A stretch of DNA of 59,763 bases. Origin: Desulfobacterales bacterium (GTDB lineage Bacteria > Desulfobacterota > Desulfobacteria > Desulfobacterales > JAFDHS01). Location of the stretch: the NCBI GenBank assembly GCA_030589165.1, contig JAUUWG010000002.1, positions 1-59,763 of the forward strand. The letters run 5' to 3'. Below the pieces are notes generated by a model. That model did no database searches, was not told the origin of the DNA, and saw only the letters and a list, made by a program, of their open reading frames with translations. Both the position numbers and the translations under genes were made by a program. Below, in pieces: positions 34,601-43,029 of this stretch. Each line of letters begins with the position of its first letter. Position 1 is the stretch's first letter.

Positions 34601-37600
34601 AAAAATGAACGTCATGTCAAACTCCTGAGGCTTAAGCTGCTGAACCTTGGTATAACCGAGCGTGCTTTCGCGGACTTGAAAAAGCTGGCAGCGGACGATT
34701 CGGAACCTTACACGCAAAGGCTGGCCGCCTGGGAGTTGGCTTTATGGCACGCCAACAAGTGTAATAGAGAAGACGCCCGTCAATGTTTAGATCTGTTGCC
34801 CATAGCCACTCAAGATGAAAACGATCCGGAGCGTTTGCGCCGGGTTGCCATCCTTAAAGCTGAATGTCATGATATTCTGGGTGACTTAGAGGCTGGAAAA
34901 AAAGTAATCCAACATGCCCTATTTTCAGGCGACGATGCAGATCTTTACTTTGCCGCCGCGAACTTGGAGCCATCGATTTCGGGACGAATAGATTATATCA
35001 ATAAAGCACTTGAGCTATACGGCATTTCAAAAATCACATTTGACCCTATCGCCGGCCGACCACCCTATGACTGCCTGCGCCCAGGGCCTGGAACAAGAAA
35101 GCGGCCACAAATAACCAAGGATTCTTCCAAAGTTACCGTGATAGTACCAGCATATAACGCTGAAAAGACTATACAGACTGCCCTTGATTCCATTCTTGCT
35201 CAAACTTGGACCAACTTGGAAGTATTGGTGGTTGACGATTGCAGCACGGATGGCACCGTGGAAGTGGTCAAAGAGTATGAAATGAAAGATTCCAGGGTTA
35301 GACTGATCAAGGCTGAAACCAACCAGGGGCCTTATGTGGCGCGCAACTTGGCGCTCAAAGCGGCAACAGGAGATTTCGTAACCTGTAATGATGCTGACGA
35401 CTGGTCCCATCCCGAAAAAATTGAAATACAAGCAAAACATCTAATCCAAAATTCAAATTTTTTGGCCAACGTTTCACGATGGGCACGGGTTACCAATGAT
35501 CTGAAATTCTATCGGCGGGGCAATCCTGGTTTTTATATACAATTAAATATATCTTCATTAATGTTTCGTCGTGGGCCTCTGATGAAGGCTTTAGGCTACT
35601 GGGACAGCGTAAGATTCGGTGCTGACACTGAACTGTTCAATCGAATAAAAAAGGTGTTCGGGAAAGATGCGATTGAAGAGAATACGCTTGGACTCCTCTC
35701 TTTCGCAAGATATACTGAGTATTCTCTTACAGAGAATAAGAAATTTGGTTATCCGGGCTTCCCCATGGGTGCGAGAAGTGAATATCGTGAGAGTTATTTG
35801 CACTATCATGGTTTGGCAAACAAACTGCACTACGAATTTCCTATGAAATCTCGACCTTTTCCCGCACCCGGAGTCATGCGTCCGGTCAGAGAGACTAATT
35901 CTTTCTCAAATCGGCATTTTGAAGTAGTCTTCGTATCTGATTTTCGACATCCTGGCAATGCCATCTCTATTGCTGAGGGAATCAAGGCACAAAAAAGAAA
36001 GGGCGTTCGAACCGGCCTTGTCCAGATAGCGCGCTATGACTTGGCCTTAAGAAATTATAATATTGATAAGGAGATACGTGAGTTAATTGATGGTGATCAT
36101 GTTCAACTGCTTGTTTACGGAGAAGAGATCACTTGTGACATGTTGATAATCAGAGATCCTTCCATCCTTCAGGAAAAACAGCGCTATATTCCAGAAGTGA
36201 AAACAGGAAATGTTAGCGTTGTCGTAGAACAAGCGCCTGAGAAAGATTCTGGTTCTGGAGGCCTTGTCTATGACATCAGGCGATGCGCAAAGCATCTTTA
36301 TGAATACTTTGGCAAAAGCGGTGTTTGGCATCCCACTGACGCTCAGGTCCGACATGCGCTTTATAAACTCCACGGCGATGACTTGAAGGCAATAACCCTG
36401 GCAAATGAAGATTGGTCTAATAATACAGATGTAAAAGAATTCCAAAAGACCTCGCGCCCTCAAAGTGGATATAAGATCACTAACCAAAATTTTGATATGG
36501 TGAATGATAATGAAGTTATAAAACTTATGGACGTAAAAGATCTCTGGTCATTTGCATATACGGATACTGAAGGTGTAGCGGTAATCATGCCCTGCATTGA
36601 TACAAAAAAGGGCATGGATACAGCTAGTATCCTTTCCAAAAGGGCTGGAATTGATTGCAAAATATTGATAATTCATGACACCTTATGTCAAGGGTTTATC
36701 AAAACCCTGAACGATACGGCAGCGAGGGTCTCTACCAGATATATTGTATATCTTGCAGAAGATGCCTTTCCGTCGATAGACTGGCTGCGTTGCGCCTATG
36801 ACATCTTGGGAAAAAGCGGTAAAGGACTGCTGGCATTCAATGATGGTAAATGGAGGGGACGTATTGCGGCATTTGGTATGGTCAGGATCGAGTGGGTCAA
36901 AACTTTGTATGGGGGCTTGATATTTTATCCGGAGTATAATGCTCACAAGGCGGATAATGAACTGACGGTCATTGCCCGAGCCCAAGGAATGCATGTGTAT
37001 AATCCGGAATGTACGCTTATAGAGTATGATCCGAATAAGGTGTTTAAAGAAAATATTCCAAAAGATAAAGAGATTTTCAGAAAACGATTTCAACAGGGCT
37101 TTGACGGGCTTGTACCTTTGGAGAAACTCGCGCCAATGGCGAAAGAATATTTTGTCCCATGGAATGTTGAAAAGCCAATGTCAGCACAAAAAAAAACAAA
37201 TTTTAAACAGAAAAATTTTAGCAAAATTGAATCATATTCTCAAGGCGCTAAATCAAATAAATTTACTTTTTTTAAAAAAAAATCTAAGTCAAAAGCTTTA
37301 CGTAATGTTTCGGATACCTTTGCTCTGTATCGTATTATCGGCAATGATTTGCACCCGAGACACAAAAAAAGACAATCACGTGAGAACCTGCGGTTTATAT
37401 TAGAAAATGAGCCTGATTTCGAAAATTGTGAAAAGAGATTCATCATCAATCGCATTATTGATCAGAATGAAGAACAGGCTATCATTAAATTGCTCAAAGA
37501 CCATAAACGTGAATATATACAGATCCGGTTTAATCCCGATGAATATCGCAAAATCGGATTTGACACCGACTGCTTTCCGGAGCCGGGGTACCTTTCCAGT

Positions 37601-40408
37601 AAAAAATTCGAAGCTTTTGACAATATCAAAAAAGATAGAGCTACCGCTGCAATTTACCGTTTGAAAAATAACTATGTTATGAACAACAACGGCGCTCGGA
37701 ACGCCGCGCTGCGTGATGGAAGGAGACGGGCAAAGTGGGTCCTCCCCTGGGACGGCAACTGTTTTATTACAACAAAAGCGTGGGAGCGAATCCATACCGA
37801 TGTCACTGCCTCGCCCCACCTGAAATATTTTGTCGTGCCCATGGCTCGCGTCCTTGATAATACGCAATTGTTATCAAAGGGATTTGCCCCTGCGCCGGTT
37901 GAGGAGCCGCAGATTATCTTTCGCAACGATGCCAAGGAAGAGTTCAACAAAGCTTTTTGTTATGGACGTAGACCCAAGGTGGAGCTTTTCTGGAGGCTCG
38001 GCGTCCCTGGCAAATGGGATCACTGGCCGGAAGACGATCCGTGGGATCAAAAGCGTTTACCGGAATCCATTGAAGCCCGCCAATTCGGGGTGGCAGGCTG
38101 GGTGGCCAGGTTGTTTTCCGGTATGAAGGATTTGGAACTTGAGAACAAGCAAAGTATTACAAAAAGAGTTTTAGCACGAAATGAAGCGATCATTACAACA
38201 CTGAATCATGTGGATACAATGGTTGCAGGCATGTCCAATGATAAGCCCACCAGTTTTCGGTCCGATATTCTGGAAGCAGAGTGCTTGAAATACCAAGCAG
38301 GAGATGACCCGGCGCTTGCCAATGTTGTTGAAAGGCTGATCTTGGATGCCGAAGATGCGCTAACGCACGGGCCCTATTCAGTCACGGACAAAACAACGTT
38401 GCCACCAAGCGGCAACGCAAACGACTACTGGCATCCTGCCCCTTACTGGTGGCCCAACCCGGATACGCAAGACGGTTTGCCTTATATTCGAAAAGACGGG
38501 GAGCGGGCGCCCGGCACCAGTATGTATGAGGCGGAAAGTGATAAGTATGATCGCACGCGTTTGCAGCGTGTGTTCGATGATTCCTTCATTCTGGCGCTGG
38601 CATGGAAGTTTTCAGGTGAAAAGAAGTATGCTGAGCATGGCGCACGAATTCTGGAACGTTTTTTCGTGGATCCAATTACGCGAATGACGCCTCACTTAAA
38701 ATACGGCCAAGTCAGAATGGGACACAATAAGAATATTGGTTCCAGCACCGGGATCATCGAGATGAAGGATATGTATTATTATCTCGATGCCGTGCGCATG
38801 ATGACCGCGGCCGGTGTTGTTTCAAGTGACGATCTCGGTAGTTTTAAAGATTGGCTGAAAACATATTTGGACTGGCTGTTGTATTCCCCCCAGGGAAGAG
38901 TCGAATGCGGATCGGCCAACAATCATGGCGCCTGCTATGATCTTCAAGTATCTTCCATTGCCTCTTTTTTGAATGATAAATCAGTCCTGTTTGAAACCTT
39001 GGCTCGCGCTCAGTCCAGAATCTCTCAGCAATTTGCACCTGACGGCTCACAGCCCGATGAATTAAAACGGAAAACGACAGCGCATTATTGCCTTTTTAAT
39101 TTTCAAAGCTGGTTAAACCTGGCAGAAATAGCCTCTCGGTATAATACGGATTTCTGGTCCTATGAAGCACCAAATGGTGCAAGCTTGATTAAGGGTGCGC
39201 AATGGCTTCTGGGTCATATGGGGAAAAAGTGGCCCTATCAGCAGATAGATGATTTTGACGCAGAACGCTTTTACCCCATATGGTTTGCTGTTTCTGCCGT
39301 CTCAATTAATCCACTGGGAGTCACCAATTTACCAGACTCAAAATACAAGGTAAAACCGAGATTTTTCCCACATGACGGGATTCGACCGTTTTGGAATTTG
39401 GGAGCCCAGTGCCACTCTTGTCACCACGATTCGGGTAGTAGCAGCCAACAGGTCAGTAACACCACAAAAACCAGCGTCAGATCTCAGAAGGCAGTTGCCA
39501 AAATGGATATAAATATGGTTGAATCACAACAAGTTTTCATTAACATAGACGATGCAATGAAATACGCTGAAGAAGCTATGAAGCAAAAAGACTGGTCTGA
39601 GGCGGAGAAATGCTGGCAAGAAATTTTGAATGTTTTTAGCACTACAGCAAAACCGCGTGTTACAGAGATTGCAGATGCTATGTCTGCAAAAGCTGAATGG
39701 CAAGACTATCGGTATTGCAATATCTGCGGTTGCCCGCTATTTGGCAAAATGGGATCAAGAAAAAATGTAAAATGTTTAAATTGTGGATCTTTAGAGCGAA
39801 CCAGGTTGCTATATTTACATTTACAAAATTTTGAATTAATTACTCCAGATATAAAAGTTTTTCATCTGGCGCCAGAGAAAGCGCTGTACCAAGCTATATC
39901 AAAAATTATTCCTCCGTCAAATTATTTCGTTACGGACTATGATCCAAGTAGATATAGTTTTGCGAAGGGGATACAAAAGTTTGATTTATGTAATGATGTT
40001 GAGGGATTGCCTGACAATTTTTTTGATCTTATTATTCACAGCCATGTTATGGAACATGTACCTTGTAATTATAGTTTTGTTCTTAAGCATTTACATCGGG
40101 CCCTTAAAGACAATGGAAGACATCTTTGCGTGATACCGTTCATGGCAGGCTACTATGATGAATGTTTTGCCCCTCTCAGTGTTGAGGAGGCAAAAACGCG
40201 GTTTGGTCAATTTGATCATGTCAGACGTATTGGCACTAATGATATTCATAATACTCTTGGTCGTGTCATTCCAATTGATCCTGATTACGATGCTACAAAA
40301 CTATTTTCACCAGAGATTCTTTTAAAAGCCAACATTCCAGAGAATTGCTGGAAAGGTTTGACAATTCATACAGTTCTTCTACTCAAAAAGGAAGATTACA
40401 AGCTCTAA
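31667..40408 (+). CDS. Giant multi-module glycan-biosynthesis protein (2,913 aa)
   Basis: Uninterrupted ORF. Approximate modules:
- A1, unknown GT-A-like: 31690-32320
- GT2: 32393-33100
- GT-B/GT4: 33285-34500 (HETYSHALTESWAYGVPVL)
- TPR-like: 34650-35040
- GT2: 35129-35800 (VIVPAYNAEKTI..VVDDCSTDGT)
- unknown: 35909-36420
- A2, duplicate of A1: 36500-37150
- unknown B domain: 37315-38130
- alginate-lyase (PL5)-fold domain: 38250-39405 (NNHGACYD)
- Zn-ribbon + class I methyltransferase: 39706-40405. Confidence 0.85.
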   Translation: MNKNHDIQLLKTSDLSGFHYSNPEGIAVVMPCIDTEKGMTTARNLSRRAGMPCKVLIVHDSRHQGFIKTLNDAALKISARHIVYLAEDAYPGRNWLVCAYHTLEKSGKGLLAFNDGKWKGRIASFGMVRTKWVKSLYDGKLFYPGYESHGADNELTVIARVRNMHAYNPDCTLVEYDPVKDFGGSNPRDRELFQTRFVNGFDGMVPLKKLKKLAKEYNVKMHLKNHENLTKGYNVICEPQKNRIGISIIIHARSGATPLDRLLSAFYQVNTYQPVEFIVIDNTLNDQTRKVVAKYAANDSIRHLKRNENESFAISNNLAVKKANYPYLLFLSTDIIYTSDVLPLAVAQLQDANIGVVGIRLDDSPPSLPPGNLPGVRHTGIKFVHDPAHEFYRPLQLSLKTIEEAKKVPSSIYPAVAGAFLLCRKGEFEKLDGFCEEYDYGFEDIDFCLRIGSKLKKKCLCINEVSLGYVGGNTRHMEPGVAGTIQVKNLQLLNKRAGGQISKFPTQKTGSQKSFHISQEHAPFIKQTSTVFSKSSPNIGQRILYIIHDGGGGMVYTSFDLMKSMNQRNTSFLLKTGKKEWKLYEYINNEIACKHKYDFKIDWKEIVDINNERKAALDDIYNKLNPTLIHLRVLIGNGPYLIDFFKNKKLPVVLSFHDFSAICPNIQLINNGKFCYGDCELHHHQNDCHYSKSWFGNRRRLRGVFRYNWAERVAESLSKCDAYIVTSNYTKEIILKNYPMLDPEKFHNIEHGRDFEKKYSFFKEYKNGNCCDIIFFGALNEAKGCSLVSDIIRINEDNDGPLKFHIIGGITNKYKKRFSAYKNVILYGKYERDDLRNYFEEIKPTLTILPSICHETYSHALTESWAYGVPVLGSSLGAIGERIRVHDGGWTLDPVHKQQWYNKILKIIKDKKDYLQKLSNIKQIDIKSLDHMADEYCMVYRNLLKPQQKISSAAKIQSFLKKVKFKSPEKKEKNNQKRKNERHVKLLRLKLLNLGITERAFADLKKLAADDSEPYTQRLAAWELALWHANKCNREDARQCLDLLPIATQDENDPERLRRVAILKAECHDILGDLEAGKKVIQHALFSGDDADLYFAAANLEPSISGRIDYINKALELYGISKITFDPIAGRPPYDCLRPGPGTRKRPQITKDSSKVTVIVPAYNAEKTIQTALDSILAQTWTNLEVLVVDDCSTDGTVEVVKEYEMKDSRVRLIKAETNQGPYVARNLALKAATGDFVTCNDADDWSHPEKIEIQAKHLIQNSNFLANVSRWARVTNDLKFYRRGNPGFYIQLNISSLMFRRGPLMKALGYWDSVRFGADTELFNRIKKVFGKDAIEENTLGLLSFARYTEYSLTENKKFGYPGFPMGARSEYRESYLHYHGLANKLHYEFPMKSRPFPAPGVMRPVRETNSFSNRHFEVVFVSDFRHPGNAISIAEGIKAQKRKGVRTGLVQIARYDLALRNYNIDKEIRELIDGDHVQLLVYGEEITCDMLIIRDPSILQEKQRYIPEVKTGNVSVVVEQAPEKDSGSGGLVYDIRRCAKHLYEYFGKSGVWHPTDAQVRHALYKLHGDDLKAITLANEDWSNNTDVKEFQKTSRPQSGYKITNQNFDMVNDNEVIKLMDVKDLWSFAYTDTEGVAVIMPCIDTKKGMDTASILSKRAGIDCKILIIHDTLCQGFIKTLNDTAARVSTRYIVYLAEDAFPSIDWLRCAYDILGKSGKGLLAFNDGKWRGRIAAFGMVRIEWVKTLYGGLIFYPEYNAHKADNELTVIARAQGMHVYNPECTLIEYDPNKVFKENIPKDKEIFRKRFQQGFDGLVPLEKLAPMAKEYFVPWNVEKPMSAQKKTNFKQKNFSKIESYSQGAKSNKFTFFKKKSKSKALRNVSDTFALYRIIGNDLHPRHKKRQSRENLRFILENEPDFENCEKRFIINRIIDQNEEQAIIKLLKDHKREYIQIRFNPDEYRKIGFDTDCFPEPGYLSSKKFEAFDNIKKDRATAAIYRLKNNYVMNNNGARNAALRDGRRRAKWVLPWDGNCFITTKAWERIHTDVTASPHLKYFVVPMARVLDNTQLLSKGFAPAPVEEPQIIFRNDAKEEFNKAFCYGRRPKVELFWRLGVPGKWDHWPEDDPWDQKRLPESIEARQFGVAGWVARLFSGMKDLELENKQSITKRVLARNEAIITTLNHVDTMVAGMSNDKPTSFRSDILEAECLKYQAGDDPALANVVERLILDAEDALTHGPYSVTDKTTLPPSGNANDYWHPAPYWWPNPDTQDGLPYIRKDGERAPGTSMYEAESDKYDRTRLQRVFDDSFILALAWKFSGEKKYAEHGARILERFFVDPITRMTPHLKYGQVRMGHNKNIGSSTGIIEMKDMYYYLDAVRMMTAAGVVSSDDLGSFKDWLKTYLDWLLYSPQGRVECGSANNHGACYDLQVSSIASFLNDKSVLFETLARAQSRISQQFAPDGSQPDELKRKTTAHYCLFNFQSWLNLAEIASRYNTDFWSYEAPNGASLIKGAQWLLGHMGKKWPYQQIDDFDAERFYPIWFAVSAVSINPLGVTNLPDSKYKVKPRFFPHDGIRPFWNLGAQCHSCHHDSGSSSQQVSNTTKTSVRSQKAVAKMDINMVESQQVFINIDDAMKYAEEAMKQKDWSEAEKCWQEILNVFSTTAKPRVTEIADAMSAKAEWQDYRYCNICGCPLFGKMGSRKNVKCLNCGSLERTRLLYLHLQNFELITPDIKVFHLAPEKALYQAISKIIPPSNYFVTDYDPSRYSFAKGIQKFDLCNDVEGLPDNFFDLIIHSHVMEHVPCNYSFVLKHLHRALKDNGRHLCVIPFMAGYYDECFAPLSVEEAKTRFGQFDHVRRIGTNDIHNTLGRVIPIDPDYDATKLFSPEILLKANIPENCWKGLTIHTVLLLKKEDYKL

Positions 40409-40566
40409 TAAAGTTCTTGTATACGGTATTAAGGATTGGAGCCACCGCAGGCGTGCTAAAAATTATCAGCTTGAACCATGCACGTATGGAGCGGGGCGAT
40501 TGAAAAAAGACCAGTCCCCGCAAAATCAGTCACAAGTAATAAGCTTTTCGAAGCATTGGAATACAT

Positions 40567-43014
40567 ATGGCCAAACCTACCATTATATTAATAGGTGCGC
40601 CCAGAAGTGGCATATCCATACTCGGCGAATGCTTGAGCAAGCTTGGACTGCACGCTCTTGACGAACGGAGCCGGGCAGAAATTTCCACTATCAACCGTCT
40701 GCTTTTCCAAGACACAGACCATTCTCCAACCATGGTTGGCCCTTTGCCTCAGGGGTGGTTGAACTCGTATGGCGCGGACAAGGCCAGAGGGCGCATCCGG
40801 GGTCTGCTCGCCTCCCGACGGAATGCTGGTGGCCTCCTGTTTCTGGCTGACCCCTTGCTGTGCCGTATTCTGCCCCTATGGATGGAAGCCTTTCAGGATC
40901 AAGATCTGGAGCCACGCTTCATTCATATGGTTCGCCATCCTTATGAAGTCGCTCTTTCCTTGCAGGAAGACCAAGATATCGACCTTCTCAAAGGCCACCT
41001 AGTCTGGCTGGCATGGGTGCGGGATGCTCTAACCGGCTCTGCAAATCGTAAAAGTGTTCTGATCACTTTTGATCAGCTCATGGCAAACCCGATCACTACC
41101 CTGAATTCAGCCGGGAGATCCCTGGATATAAAATTTCCTATAGACCTGAGCACCTCATACCACGCCCTTCTAAATTTTGTTAAGCCAGGCTTGATGCACC
41201 ACCATGCAGGGATTGCTTCGGAGGCCGACAGGAAACGATTCACCCCGTTCAATCGCTTCTATGATGCCTTGCAGCTGCTCCAGGCCGGCGCCGGGGTTCA
41301 GGCAACAACACATTCCAGCCGCGGCATGATGGCCATTGGCGACCACGAGGCGGTTTCCGGCGGCGATGGTCTCCTGGACATGATGTTTCAGGTACTTGGG
41401 CATTATGAGCACAAAGAACATGGCCTGCGCACACGGGAAGAGCGGCTTTTGAGCGCCTCCCATGCGGGGCAGGCCTTGTTTGCCACGCTCTCTATCCCCA
41501 CAAGCGTCGGCGAATACAGGGCAAAGCGGATTCCTATTTTGCCTGACCAGTGGCAAAAGATCACCCTGGATATCCCCAGGCCAGACCTGCTCAACGACAC
41601 GCCTTTGCGCTTTTGTCCCCTGAATACCACGGGGGCGGCAACCATATCAGCCGTCAAACTCGTCAACCGGGCTACGGATGAGGTGCTCTGGTCCGCCCAG
41701 ACATCCGAGGACAACAACCTTGTGGCCGTGGAAGGAACAGCCTTGCGGGTTCCGGCAAAGGACAATCTCGCCTTACTCATCACCGGCAAGGAGCCTGTCG
41801 TTGTCCTTACAGGTCCTGCCCAAATGCCGGACTTTCCGGCACGAGTAGAGATATGGCTCAAGGTAAGCCAAAATCAGGGATTGCACCATGAGTCATTGCG
41901 GGCTTTTCTCAGCTTGGAGAGTTGGAAAACACTCCTGGGGACAACTCCCCAAGACTCGGATTCCGACAACTTGCTGCATTTGGCCACAGCGTTTGAAGAC
42001 GCAGGATGCTTGGCCGAAGCCGATGCAGTATTGCGCAAGGGTGTGGAAGATGAGCCAGGGGCAGTGACACTGAGAATGGCCTTTGCTGAACTCTCCATGA
42101 AGCGCAAAGACTGGCCCGAGGCTGTCAGGCGCTGGCAGGATGTGGCAGCACTTCAGGGAGAAAGCACCCCTGCCCAGGTCTACCAACGCCTGGATGAAGC
42201 TTATCAGAAGCAAAAGTCTTTTCCCAAGGGGAGCCCTGAAGAGGAAGTGCGCATTGGTGACGGTGACAAGCATGAAATGCTCTCCTTGATCCATCGCATC
42301 CTCGCACCTGAGATGTACCTGGAAATCGGTGTTCAGAGCGGGAAAAGCCTGGCTTTGGCGTCATGTGATGCAATTGGCGTTGATCCCATGCCCCAAGTAA
42401 GTGTTGTGTTGTCCGAGGGGGCCAAGGTAGTGGCCATGACCAGCGATGATTTCTTCCGCGGCCCTGCCGTTTCATTGGTGAAGAACCCACCGGATCTGGT
42501 GTTCATCGACGGCATGCACCTTTTCGAGCACACCCTGCGTGACTTCATGCATGTGGAACGAATGGCGGCTCCGTGGACCCTGGTGGTCATCGACGACATC
42601 TTTCCCGCACATCCGGCCCAGGCGGAGCGGCGGCGAAGAACGCGCGCCTGGACTGGCGACGTGTGGAAGATCTACGAGATCCTGAGCCGATACCGGCCCG
42701 ACCTGTTTCTCCTGCCTGTAAATACCTCGCCCACCGGTCTGCTCCTGATCGCCGGTTTCCAACCAGCCAACCAGGTTTTGTGGAACAACTACGACGCCAT
42801 TGTCAGCAAATATTCCGCCGGCAGGAAGCCACCGGAAGCGATATTGAAACGAGACGGTGTCCTATCCTCCAGGCACGACGCCATTCCACGCATTCTGGCG
42901 GCATTGAAAACGGGGCGGGAGGAACTGCTTGAATCAGTAACGATCATAAGTCATCTGGAGAAAGAACTCACAGATGCTTGTAATGGCTCTCGGCCGAGAT
43001 TCCCATTTATGTGA
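40567..43014 (+). CDS. Sulfotransferase - beta-rich domain - TPR - class I SAM methyltransferase fusion protein
   Basis: N-terminus IILIGAPRSGISILGECL. The middle domain (RIPILPDQWQKITLDIP...RFCPLNTTGAATISAVKLVNRATDEVLW) is paralogous to ORF 29174. The C-terminus EIGVQSGKSLALAS...VFIDGMHLFEHTLRDF...VVIDDIFP is a Methyltransf_24/CmcI-like pattern. Confidence 0.75.
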   Translation: MAKPTIILIGAPRSGISILGECLSKLGLHALDERSRAEISTINRLLFQDTDHSPTMVGPLPQGWLNSYGADKARGRIRGLLASRRNAGGLLFLADPLLCRILPLWMEAFQDQDLEPRFIHMVRHPYEVALSLQEDQDIDLLKGHLVWLAWVRDALTGSANRKSVLITFDQLMANPITTLNSAGRSLDIKFPIDLSTSYHALLNFVKPGLMHHHAGIASEADRKRFTPFNRFYDALQLLQAGAGVQATTHSSRGMMAIGDHEAVSGGDGLLDMMFQVLGHYEHKEHGLRTREERLLSASHAGQALFATLSIPTSVGEYRAKRIPILPDQWQKITLDIPRPDLLNDTPLRFCPLNTTGAATISAVKLVNRATDEVLWSAQTSEDNNLVAVEGTALRVPAKDNLALLITGKEPVVVLTGPAQMPDFPARVEIWLKVSQNQGLHHESLRAFLSLESWKTLLGTTPQDSDSDNLLHLATAFEDAGCLAEADAVLRKGVEDEPGAVTLRMAFAELSMKRKDWPEAVRRWQDVAALQGESTPAQVYQRLDEAYQKQKSFPKGSPEEEVRIGDGDKHEMLSLIHRILAPEMYLEIGVQSGKSLALASCDAIGVDPMPQVSVVLSEGAKVVAMTSDDFFRGPAVSLVKNPPDLVFIDGMHLFEHTLRDFMHVERMAAPWTLVVIDDIFPAHPAQAERRRRTRAWTGDVWKIYEILSRYRPDLFLLPVNTSPTGLLLIAGFQPANQVLWNNYDAIVSKYSAGRKPPEAILKRDGVLSSRHDAIPRILAALKTGREELLESVTIISHLEKELTDACNGSRPRFPFM

Positions 43015-43029
43015 TCATAGTGCAAAAGG

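Noticed and set aside
40440-40540. The hairpin GCGGGG-N19-CCCCGC after the giant ORF as a terminator.
   Set aside because: The loop is large and there is no U-tract. The next gene starts 30 nt later, so read-through is more likely.
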